The notes under the pieces: generated by a model
What the model was told of the DNA's origin: nothing
The model's database searches: none
What the model saw: the letters and a program-made list of their open reading frames with translations, nothing else
Assembly (NCBI GenBank): GCA_002245135.1
Contig: NGBS01001188.1
Coordinates: forward strand, 1-64,000
Length of the DNA stretch: 64,000 bases
Direction of reading: 5' to 3'
Source of the DNA: Proteromonas lacertae
Taxonomy: Eukaryota
Made by a program: the position numbers and the translations under genes
Part shown: positions 11,835 to 23,735 of the stretch, in pieces
Layout: each line of letters begins with the position of its first letter
Numbering within the stretch: position 1 is the first letter of the stretch

Positions 11835-14800
11835 ATGAAATCGTTTTATAAAAATAATCCTTCTGTCTCTTCCCTAAGTATGTTAGTTATTATTATATTG
11901 TAGCTCCAAAAACTCCAAATAGAATAGTAGTGAGGCAACCTGTACATTTTGAATCAGCACGATTTGATTCTGCAAGAAAAATCCCAATTCGTCAACCAAC
12001 TGCTCCACGAAACGCAGACTCACTGAAATTAGAGTTTTTGGATGTTCCATCTCCATCTACTAGCTGTAGATCAAGTACCGTTGTACCATGTCCTTTAGAA
12101 TCTGTAAATCAGAATAATACTTGTGGTAGTACAGAAAAAAGTAAAATAATTGTTGCAAACAAAACTAAACATGAGAAAGTTCGATCTTTTATTATAATGC
12201 TTATGTTTACAATGTATAAAATAATAATAATAATGTAATTTGATAGTATTAATTAGTGTTTTAATTCTCGCAGTTTATACAATTGTGTTAGTGGTTGTAT
12301 GTAAATCCTATATAAAGAATCATTACAAAATCGAAATGAATGGTGATGTATTGAGTTTAAATTCATTAGAAGTTGGTCATTTTAATGGAGTTTACTCATT
12401 AGAGAATTTAAGGAAAGAATTAAAGAATGAAATAAAAGAAGAAGTGAAGAAAACAACATTAAACCTTCGAAATATGAATGAAAATGAAGTATAAAATAAA
12501 ATCAAGTATATATTTATATGTTTTATTAATAATAATAATATAGAAAATGAATTATTTACAAATGCAGTGATTGATGAAAAATCAAATTTATATTTAAAAA
12601 CAAAAGGATTATTAAGTGATGAAATAGAAATCGAAAAGAACAGTAATTTCAATGGAAATGTGAAATTTGGAAGTGTAGGTAATGAAGCTGCTGTAGAAAT
12701 CAATGGTAAATTAGAAGTGAAGAATGTAAAAGTGAAAGAAAAGATCGATTTGAGTGAAGCTACGATTTGAATATAATATAAATGATAAAAATCAAAATAG
12801 TCATGAGAAAGTCGAAATTGGTGAATTATCTGTTCATTCTTTGAACTATGCAACTGAATTCTGTAATATCACATTAAATGATGAAACAAATATAAACAAT
12901 ATTCTATTAAAAGGCAATACAATAAGTTCAACAAAGAATGATTTATACTTAAATACAATAGATCCAAAATGTAAAGTGATAATGAGTTCAAGTGAAATAA
13001 ATGGTAATTTGAAGAGTAATTCAATCAGTGTAGATAAAATCGTAATTAATAATAATGAGATGAATGGAATATCTTCAATCGATAGTGATAAAATCAATGT
13101 AAAAGTATTGAGTAACAATAAGAACTTAAATGAAAATGAAAATATAATATCTATAATCAACAATGTTGATATGAGTAACAAAGATATAAATAATATAAAA
13201 GAAATAAAAGCTACCTCATTAAACAGTGTTTATTTAAAAGTGAAAATGAAGATATAAAAGTATTAAATAATTTCGATATATCAAATAAAAATATAAAAAA
13301 TATAAAAGAAATAGTTTCAGAGCAAGTGAATGTAAAATGAATTAATCAATACAAATGGATTGATAAATGTGAAGAACGATTTAAGTTTAGTAGAATAACA
13401 ACATAAAGATGTTGATAATGTCATATCTTCAGAAATATCGAAGTTGATACTATAAGTGGTAAAGAAGGAGTAATACAAACCTATTGAAATAATAAACGAT
13501 ATGAATATCAAAGATCAATACTCTGAGTAGTAAAGTTATTCTAAGTACAACAGTTGGTGTATTGAATTTGAAAAATTATAATGATGATAATAGAAAGATA
13601 AATCTATTAAGTGAAATGGATGTAAATCAAAATGATATAAAGAATCTGAAATTATTGAATGTAAATACAATAGAGTTAGGAGAAATGAAGAGTAAAGACA
13701 ATAGTGATATGAGAATGTTAAATAATTTAGATTTATTACAGAATAATATAAACAATGTAGAAATATTAAATGTGAATAAAATATCGAGTATTTTACAGAA
13801 AATCACAGTTGAAAAAGAATTAGATTTAAAAGACTCTTTAACCACCAGTAAAAGTTTAATAAGTAAAGAGTTAAAAGTCAATACAATCAGTGTAAACTCA
13901 CCAACAGCAAATAGTTTTATATCAATAAAAGACAATATAGATATGAGTGAGAAATCATTAAAACTGAATGAATTAAATGTGACTAGAATAAATGGTATAA
14001 ATGGAAAAGAAATAACTGTTTTAAGTGATATAAAAAGTGATAAAAAGTTATCCATAAATACAGTCGCAGTTAATAATCTACAATCGAATGGTAATGGCGA
14101 TCCAATAAAAGTAACTTCCAATATTGATATGACTAATAAAGACATTAAGAATGTAATAAATATTCAAAGTGAAACTTCAACAATTACCAAAATTAGTACC
14201 AATACAATAGAACCAAAAAGTGGCACTGATGTTGAAGTAAAAGGTAATTTATTAGTAAGAGGACATCAAATCCAACTTGGAACAGCAACTATTGACTCTT
14301 TATCTGATCTAAGGTCAATAGCTGGATATGAAGGTAATTTATTAGTTGAATCAGATTTAGATATGAATGGAAAGAATATAAAGAATGTATTAAATCTAAA
14401 TGTTGGTAAAATTGGTGTATATCCTGCAAGTAGTAAAATATCAGTTGTTAATGATATTTTAATGAATAGTAAAGATATTGGAAATATAAAAGAAATGACT
14501 GCTGGAATATTGAATATTGGAACAATCAAAGTGGTTGGTCCTGGTTCAATCAATATGATTTCTTCAATAAATATGAATAACAATGATATAGTAGATATAA
14601 AATCACTTAAAGGAAAAGCCAATACATTAACAGTAGAATCTGATATAAAAGTAAGTGATGCTTATAAATTAACTGCAAATACAATCAATGTAAAGACGAA
14701 TAGGAAGTATCCTATCATCTCCATTAACTATTGATAACAATGTAGAGATAACTAAAACATTAAAAGTTAATGATATTACTTTTCGTACAGGAAATACTGT

Positions 14801-15823
14801 AAAAATAGATAGCATTTTGGATTTAAATAATCACGAGTTAGCTAATGTTGGTTCATTTTCATTATCGAAAATAAATATTGCTGAAATTGAAAGTAAAGTT
14901 CTAGGTAGTGCTATTAAAGTATCATCGAATTTAGATTTTCAAGGAACAAAGAATATAGAAAAACTGAATGAAGTAACAGCTAATACAGTGAATGTAAAAA
15001 CAAGTTTAAAATTGATGAAAATAGAATCATCAGATAATTCAAATAAAGTGATTAATGTTTATGGTGTTTTAAACTGTCAAAATAACGATGTAAAGAATAT
15101 AAATATATTAGAAACAACTACATTGAAAGTAAATACACTTCAATCTAAATCTTCATCACCAGTGAATGTCAATAATAATTTGGATTTAGGAAGTAATGAT
15201 ATTAATAATGTGAAAAGTTTATATGTAGATGCATTATATTCAAAATCAAATAATCTTATTACAATCAATCATGATATTCAATTCGTTTCAGGTAAAGGAA
15301 TAACTTCCTTACCAAAGTTAGTAGTTAGTGAAATAGCGAATAATGGAAATAATGTAAATGTTAAAGATGATATTAATATGAATAGTAAAGATATTAAACA
15401 GTGAATCAATTATCAGCTGCTTCTATTATTTTATCTCAAAGTATTCAAGTTCCAACTATTACTAATGGAGCTAGCGCTGTAGTGTTTAATAGTAAAGTAA
15501 ATATGAATAGTAATAGTATAGAAGGAGTTAATACTCTAACAACTACTAATGTAGAATGTAATCAAATGAAGGTAACAAATATTGCAACTACTGACCCTTC
15601 TATTTTATTTTCAAATGATTTGAATTTAGACAATAGCAGGAATATAGTAAATGCCAATAAAATTAATGCAAATGAAATCTCAGCAACAACAATGAAACCG
15701 TCTAAATTGGTTATTCCAGCATGTAATTCGGCTGAGAATAATGTTTTATGTTTTGATGGTGGTAGATTAGTTTATTATAATGGTTCTACAAAAATGTACA
15801 TTTCTACTAGTACAATTCCTTAA
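11835..15823 (+). CDS. Type II membrane fibre-like repeat protein B; multiple frameshifts (assembly errors or pseudogene)
   Basis: ATG 11835; intron 11878-11903 in frame. ~12004-13780 is nearly identical to 4143-5918 of gene A; unique first exon and distal half; cap KLVIPACNSAENNVLCFDGGRLVYYNGS. Indels near 12200, 12490, 12760, 13240-13560, 14700 and 15400. Confidence 0.75.
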
Positions 15824-16057
15824 ATATCTTAAAATGTATAAATTACATATAGTCTATTTAATTTATTATATTTTTTTACTATTGCTTGTTGTTTTAAATG
15901 TTTTTAAAAAGAAAATATTTGAAACGGTAAAAATCAAAATAGATTTTATCACTTTAATATAAATACCTATTTTTCTTTGAAATCTATTTTGGAAGTCGGT
16001 TATTTTTTCTTTTTCATCTTGTTAATTAATTAGTTAAAATCTGTTAATATAATAAAC

Positions 16058-18553
16058 ATGGATTCTCGTAATTGTGATACACCTAAAAGGTTTTCGAGTA
16101 TTTTATATAGAATATTATAAAATATAGATAATAGCCCTTCCGTTAGTTGCAAAGCTAGATCTGGGTATGGTTTACAAACTATTAAAGTAAGTCCTGCTCC
16201 AACAAATTCTCAACCTCCAATTGTTATGATTACCCCAAAGAAGGATGATGTAGATTTTCTTGATGTTGAAACACCTCGTAAAGCTAGTAATGCTAATGCT
16301 TCAACTAATATATTTTACTATAACGATAAAGGAATAGGAACTGAAGATAATACAAAGAAGCCATTTGACAAGGAAAAGTTCAAGAAATTTTGTTGTATAG
16401 GATGGTTAATATGTATATAATAGATATATTGCTATATTCTCAATAGTTTTTTTAATAATCGTAATATTAGTAATCTACACATTTATACTCTATGCCATAG
16501 CTACAGCATTCTTAAGATCTAACTACAAAATATCAATCGATGGAAATGTACTTCATTTAAACTCATTAGATGTTGAAAGGTATTATAGCAACTATATTGA
16601 TGCAACTCAACATCAACAAACCAGCAGAATATTAGAAACAACAGGAAATGAATCAAAAACAAAGAATATTAGAGAAGAGAAAAAATCAAATTTCAATCCA
16701 AAGCTTGTCAAATCTTCAAATCGTCAGCATAATAGACTTATTATTGATAATGACAATGAATTGCATTTAAAAACAAAAAGTATAGAAAGCCAAAATGCAT
16801 ATGTGGATGGTAATACTGAATTTTTTGGAGATGTAAAATTCGGTAATTCAACAAAACCAGTAAATGTAGCAATCGATAATGGAGATTTGAAAGTAAAGAG
16901 TTTAAAAGTAACTGATACAATTAATTTAGAAAAAGCAAAATTTGTATGGGATGCTGAAGATCAATTTACAGGTGAACAATATAAGAATGTAAAATTAGGT
17001 GAAATGAGTATAAAAACGTTGAATATAGAGAGTAAAGTATGTAGTGTAGATGCAAGTAGTGTTACAAAGATTAACGGTGTATTATTTACATCTCCAAATA
17101 AGATATCAAGTGATGGTGATTTAACAATTGAACCAAGTGATGTTAATACTAAAAGAGTGATTATTAACGGAGAAACAGAAATGCAAACTATCAGTTTAGG
17201 AGCTGTTACTGATGGTGGAAAGATTTACGTTGGATTAAAAGATAGAACATTTTATGATAGGGATTCATCAATTATGAAATTATATATAAACGAAAATAAA
17301 CAATCAGTTGTTGATACTTATGCTGTTGATGTTCAAAGTACAATTAAAACTTTATCAATATATACTGATACTATTGGAGTTAGAACAACTACAGCTACTC
17401 CTGAAAATGATATAATTAAAGTATTGAATTCTATAAATGCAGATGGTCAAACAATATTTTCAAAAACTATAGATGCAAATAATGTAAGAATGAATAGTAT
17501 TGAATGTCGAGAAGCTGATAGAAATAATGATGGTATAAGATGTAAAGATAGTGTCATGTTGAGTGTTAATGAAATTGTTAATATGAATGATTACAGTATA
17601 AGAAATGTTAATGAATTACATGTAAAATCAATTGTTAGTAGTTCTACTTCAATAGCTTTGAAGAATGACTTGGATTTAGGTAATAAAAATATAAATAATG
17701 TAAAGACTATTACTGTTGAAAAAATCCAATCAACAGGAGATGATATTAATATTCTTAGCAATATTAAGGCTGATGGTAAAACAATGACAGCTAAATCAAT
17801 TGAATTAACTGATTCTATTTCAACACCGAAAATAGAAACAACTGCTATTTCTATAACAATTAAAAATGATTTAGATCTTGGAGGTAATAGTATAAAATCA
17901 GCAAATGAAATTACTTCAACAACATTGTCAGTTAATTCATTATTGACAAATAATATTTCAGGAAAAGTCCCAGCCAATCCAATTAATGTTAAGAACGATT
18001 TAAATCTTGGAGTTAATAGTATTACAGCCAAATCAATTATTTTGACTGATTTAAAAACTTTAGAAATATCAGGAAATGGTGGTGATGTTAAAGTTAAGAG
18101 CAATTTAGATCTTCAAAATAAAAATATTGTAAATACAGGTGAAATAAAAGCATCAAAAATGTCAATTACTGGAGTTACTACTACAAATACATTATCTGCA
18201 ACTACATCTATATCTACACCAAAAATTGATACAGTTGCTGACAAAAATTACTGTTGGAAAAACATTAGATCTTGGTGTAAACGATTTAGAAACAGCAGGT
18301 GAAGTAAAAGCTAATATTTTATCTGCATCTACATGCAATAACATCAGATTATACACCAGCAACATAACTGTTACGGTAAAGCAGTAGTTAATAGTATTGT
18401 TGTGGTAGATTCAATTAAAACTTCCATGTAGTATCATCTGTAGCTTGCTACAACTGCGCAGGATAAGAGAATACAATATTTTATTCTGGTAAATGAAATG
18501 TATATATGTATTGGAATATGCGCTAAAAATAGTAAATCAGAAATTCCCCTTAA
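16058..18553 (+). CDS. Type II membrane fibre-like repeat protein C (divergent paralog); 3' end frame-disrupted
   Basis: ATG 16058; introns 16098-16127 and 16413-16446 at the same positions and phase as in gene A. TM WLIFFLIIVILVIYTFILYAIATAFL, then NYKISIDGNVLHLNSLDVE (A: HYKIEMNGDVLSLNSLEVG); KNDLDLGNKNINNV repeats. Cap recognisable only through indels after ~18240, so the end is approximate. Confidence 0.75.
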
Positions 18554-18651
18554 ATTTGATTTATATAATTATATAATTTTTTATATTAATTTTTTTATTT
18601 ATGTATTTATTTTACAAAACAAAATATAAAATATATATAATTATCTCCATC

Positions 18652-20831
18652 TTATATTGGACAACTCATTCTTCTCTTTTCATTCCTCTTCACACTTCTA
18701 TTCATCAACAAATTCTCATTAAACAATCCATTATTCATAATCAAAGGATTATTATTTACTCCATCTGATGATGTATATTGTCTAAAACTCTGAAATCCTT
18801 TTACAGATTTCATATTATTAATTCCATAGTATTGATGAATAGAATCACTTATTATAATATCACTCATTTCATTAGATTCACCTTCTTCATCATTCCTATT
18901 CTCTTTCTCTTTCATTTTCTTCTCACATTCATCTTTATTCTTCAACAAATTATCCATTAAAAACGATAAACAAGTAAAAAATGAAGTGATTGGCATTAAA
19001 AATGGTTCAACAACAAATTTAATGAAATCTAAATTCATCTTTTCACTTGGAATGTTATTATTTCTATCACAAAGTGGAGTTACACTCTTTCCATTATTTC
19101 TCAATATATCTCCTTGAATATACATTTCTTTTTGTAATAAAGATGACCACATTGATGATATATCATTTGGTTTATAATTATTATTAATATCAGCACTCTT
19201 TATTATATAACACATCAATAAATCAACATCATTTTCATTATACTTTATATTACTTAAATTACAGTGGTTATTGAGATTGATAGGTGAATCAGAATTACTA
19301 ATTGGTAATTTTGATGGAGTATTAGAGAGAGATGGAGATAGTGTATTACTGTTGTTGTTAGTATTATTATTATCAAAAAAATCAGGAGATAATATCTTCA
19401 AAGTAAAGTTTTCCACAAATTCATTATGTTTTCCCATATCAGTCGCTAATATTAACTTTTGAACTTTTCTTATTACATATTCTTGATCATCTAATGTCAA
19501 TCCACTAATGATAGATGAAGAAATTGAAGATGATGGAGTTTGAGGAGTTTGAGGAGTTTGAGGTGTAGTTACTGCAGTTGTAGTTGGTGATGATGATATA
19601 TCAGTGTTTATTGTATCATCTTCATAATTATTAATAAGTAAATCAGTAGCAATATGAGCGTGCATCATTTCCAACGTTGGATGGTTTTTGTATAAGATTG
19701 CAATAGGATGAGAAAGTTCTATATAATAATAAAAATAATAATAATCCATACCAACTAATGTTGAATTATTCAATCCAAAATGTCCAACATCATGACAAAT
19801 AGCTGCTACAAATAATGAGAATAAATCAATGTAACTTATATATTTCAATAAGTTCATTTGTTTATGTATAATATAAAGAAAGTGGACTACATCAAATCCA
19901 TGTATAAAACTATGATACGGTGTGGTTGTATATCGATTATATACTTTTATAATGAAGCTTTTCATTGTATTATGTCGAATAAAGAATTTTTCTAAAAATC
20001 CTAAATTTTCAAAGATGTATAATATATCTTCGATTAAATCAGTTATATTATATAACCATGGATTGAAATAGATAGAACTTAATACTTTTTCCCATCTAAA
20101 GTGGAGATTATTGTTAATTTTACTCTTTTTAGTGTCTGCACTAATAGCTATTGGTTTTATTACATTAATTTCTGTTTGAAGAGGTGCAAATGGCTGTTGG
20201 TGGGTTTATGCTATCATTGATTCTATCGAATTTCTTATAAATTGCTTCATTAGAAGGAATTTTTGGCTTATTATCATTTGACATACATGCTGAAAATATA
20301 ATAGAGTTATTATTCATAGTATTAACCGGTGATATTGTATCTATACGCTTTTCGTGTAAAATCTTTGTTTTATCATCGTATGTTGTATTATCTAAACTAT
20401 TTTCACCTAAATCCTCTTCTTCATCAGAATCTACATAGTCTTCATCAATATATCCATCTAAATGCAAGTCATTTAAACCAACTCCAGTTGCAGGCAATAA
20501 TTGGTTAAATCTTCCAGTGTCTATATATTTATATCAATGAAATAAATACATGGAGACCTTGTAGATATATCAGTGACCAGGCTTGACGATCTTGAGCGTA
20601 ATGAGGCTACTGGACATGCTGGAAGTAAGGGTGAAGTGAAATCTGCACAAATTTTCTCTGTAAAGTTGTTAAGAGCATAGTACTTTAAGCACACAGAATT
20701 TCTATGACCATTTCTATTTTTTTATAATTTTTAGTTCATATACTTGTCCTTATTGAGGTAAGCGTATTTATTAAGGTGACATCTAGTGAAATAGATCACT
20801 ATACAGAAAAATACTCGATAAAAGACGACAT
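18652..20831 (-). CDS. Class I 3',5'-cyclic nucleotide phosphodiesterase
   Basis: PYHSFIHGFDV, HDVGHFG, EMMH, ATDMGKH, KSADIN and QGD motifs. Introns 20783-20814, 20714-20743, 20521-20549 and 19719-19751; one frameshift near 20190. Confidence 0.93.
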
Positions 20832-20924
20832 ACTCGCCTCGAATAATTTGTGGGTTTTGTTTTTTGAATCAAAATTTTTATATCCCCAACAGTTTAAAAA
20901 GCTAATAACTTAAGATACAGTTGC

Positions 20925-23055
20925 TCAACAACTCGGCTTTCTAGCTCTCACTAAGTCAAAAGGACAGGGTGACTCAGGAGAGAGAGTTTTAGCAATATTT
21001 CTAAACACAGACAATTCTTTTTCATAATATTCCTTCTCAGAGAAATAAAATGCAGCTTTCTCTTCCATTATCTTCAAATACTTAATAGGAATCAGCCCTC
21101 CAAATTCATCCAAATTGATTTCTCCAACTTTGTCATTATTCTTGTTTATTTTGCTATTTCCTTCTTTTATTCCTTTTAATTCCATTTCAGCTTTGAGTAA
21201 AAGCTTGTCACTTTCTCTTTTCCCTTCAATTTTATTGATTTCTTTTACTAACTCATCATATTTACATCTTTTTTTATCTATTTCTTTAATTAGCTCAATT
21301 AATGTACAGCATAAATCAACTTCTTTGGATTTACTATGATTTAATCTCTTTTCTAATTCCTCATAGTATTTAATAATATAATTATAATCGTTTAATAATC
21401 CATTGTATTTCTTACTCAATACTAAATATTCTACTTTTATTTTTTCTAAATCATTATTTAATTCGTATAATATATTACATTCATTTATATCATTATATTT
21501 CCTATTTCTATTATTATAATAATCAGTAAAATCTAACTGTATTTTGGTGAAATTCTTCTTTAAATCGATTATTGTTTCATATGATTTGATTATTTCTTCT
21601 ATTAGTGGTTTTGATGATTCTTTATATTCTAATAATTGATTTAATTTATGAGTTATTTCATCCATCTTTTGATCATATTCTGCTATTAATTGTTTTATTT
21701 CTTCACATAATTTCACATATTTTTCGTATAATTTATTTCGTTTTTCTTCTTCTTCTATACTTTTTCCTTCAATACCAAATATCTGAAATCGCATTTTATC
21801 ACACTTTAATTCATCACTCTATATTATATAAATAATAATTTCATTAGAATATACACTTTTATTATAATTCAATATACAACACATATAATACCTCATTTGT
21901 CTCCTAATTAACTTTTCATTAAATCTCAAACATTCATTATTAATAGTTGGATAACATTTGATTGTAGAAATATCTTTTACTATACTCAATATTGAATCAC
22001 TTTCTATTGGTGAATAAGGTTGAATAACTCCAACAATTATTATATTACTATTACCACCAAGTGTTTCATCTGTTAATGCGACTAATGAGCTATATTCTGG
22101 ATCATCACATTCAATAGTATTATCAGCTATAATTCTCTCAACTCGACTAATCAAGCTTCTTATATTGAAGTGATTTAGACTGGATTTGGAGGGAGAATAT
22201 AATTCATTTAATAATACTTCATTTACTAAATAATAATAATAATAATAATTAAAATACATTCAAAATAGATTACTCTATAATAATTATGATATTTACATTT
22301 CTGATTGTTAATAATTTCAGTTATATCACTTACAATATCAAATATTATTGTACCATATCTTATAAATTTGTTTAATTCTTTATGGAGATCATATAACAGA
22401 TTTTCTCTTGAATCAACACTCACATCAAATCTATTTTCATTTATTATTATAAATATATATTAATACTTTCTTTCTTTTAATCCACTTACTTTATATCCTT
22501 CATCTGTATCAAATATCATATTTGGAAGTGCAGCTTCCATTGAAAATATATCCTTAATTCTGTCTTTAAATAGATTGTAACAATGAATCTTTCCATTATA
22601 TTCGTATGTGCTATTCTTTGACTTATATTTTTCTATATTCTCGAATATTGAAGTGTGAATCTATTGGATGATAATAAAATTGTGATTATAATACGTTATA
22701 TAATAAGCCGTTTTTATTGTTACTTAATAAATGATCCAATTTGTTGCCTTCTGAAGAATTAATCATAAATATAGTTTCATTACTACCTCGAATATATTTA
22801 TTAACAGATTCATCTACTTTCTATAAACATAATTCATAAAAAACAATACACTCTGAACATTCTGAATATTTCTCACAATATTACCGAAGTAATAAGTATG
22901 AACATCATCAGCTTCAGCTGTAATTGAAATAGAGTCTTCTGTAATTTGATATTGCTGTTCATTGATATTATCATCATCAAAATTACTCAGTACAACTATT
23001 TCCTGTTCAATAATAAAAAAAATAATTATACAGTGGGTTTACAAATTTCATTCAT
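20925..23055 (-). CDS. Divergent kinesin-like protein with a degenerate motor domain and C-terminal coiled coil
   Basis: Multi-exon. VNKYIRGSNETIFMI (kinesin GxNxTIF), YNLFKDRIKDIF, GYKVSGLKE and LTDETLGGNSNIIIVGVIQP (LxxSLGGNSxT) occur in kinesin order; long coiled-coil tail. Confidence 0.65.
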
Positions 23056-23128
23056 TAAAATACTAAATTATACTATAAATACAGTGTATTAATGTATTTA
23101 TTTGGATTTTTCATTTTTTGAATAAAGA

Positions 23129-23312
23129 ATGGATATAAATAGTATGGAAAGAATGTGAAATACTATAGTTACAGACGAATGATCTAAATTCAGTAAAAAA
23201 ATTTAATATAATGTATAGAAAAATAAAATCTGTGTTTGCTTAACTGTTTGTTGTTAATTTTGTCTAGATAAAGAAATTAAAATCGAAGCTGAAAAAAATA
23301 GAATATAAATCA
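23129..23312 (+). pseudogene. Decayed partial duplicate of the first exons of the downstream gene
   Basis: acagacgaatgatctaaattcagtaaaaaaatttaatataatgt matches acagacaaatgatctaaattcagtagaaagtttcaatataatgt at ~23775; cgaagctgaa...gaatataaat is also shared. Confidence 0.7.
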
Positions 23313-23735
23313 TTTATACGAATATATCTAAGAAGATATAAACAATTCACAGTTAAAATCATTTACAGATGTGTTTTCATCAATTGATAATATTAAAATA
23401 AATGATAATTCAGAAGAAGAAGAAGAAGAAGAAAGATGCTAATAAAGATATGAAAAAAGAAGAAAAAAAATGAAAGAAACTTTAACAAAGGATAGAAAAT
23501 CATGCTGTATATTATGTTAATGATAGTTTAACTCTTTTAACATTCCATTCACCATATTTCAGTTTTTGTTTTATTTTTTTAATTGGCTTATATCTTTTCA
23601 AGTAATTATATGTTTAAAATAATGATACAATTTGGCTTTTATAACATTTAAAAATTAGAGAAACGAATATATTTTAAAGTAATTATTACATTGACAATGT
23701 CAATTAATGGTATAACAGTTTTTTAAATTGAAAAA

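Noticed and set aside
1..18553. Integrated phage or giant-virus segment
   Set aside because: The fibre-like genes have spliceosomal introns and N-terminal TM anchors, and no capsid, polymerase, packaging ATPase or integrase genes were seen.
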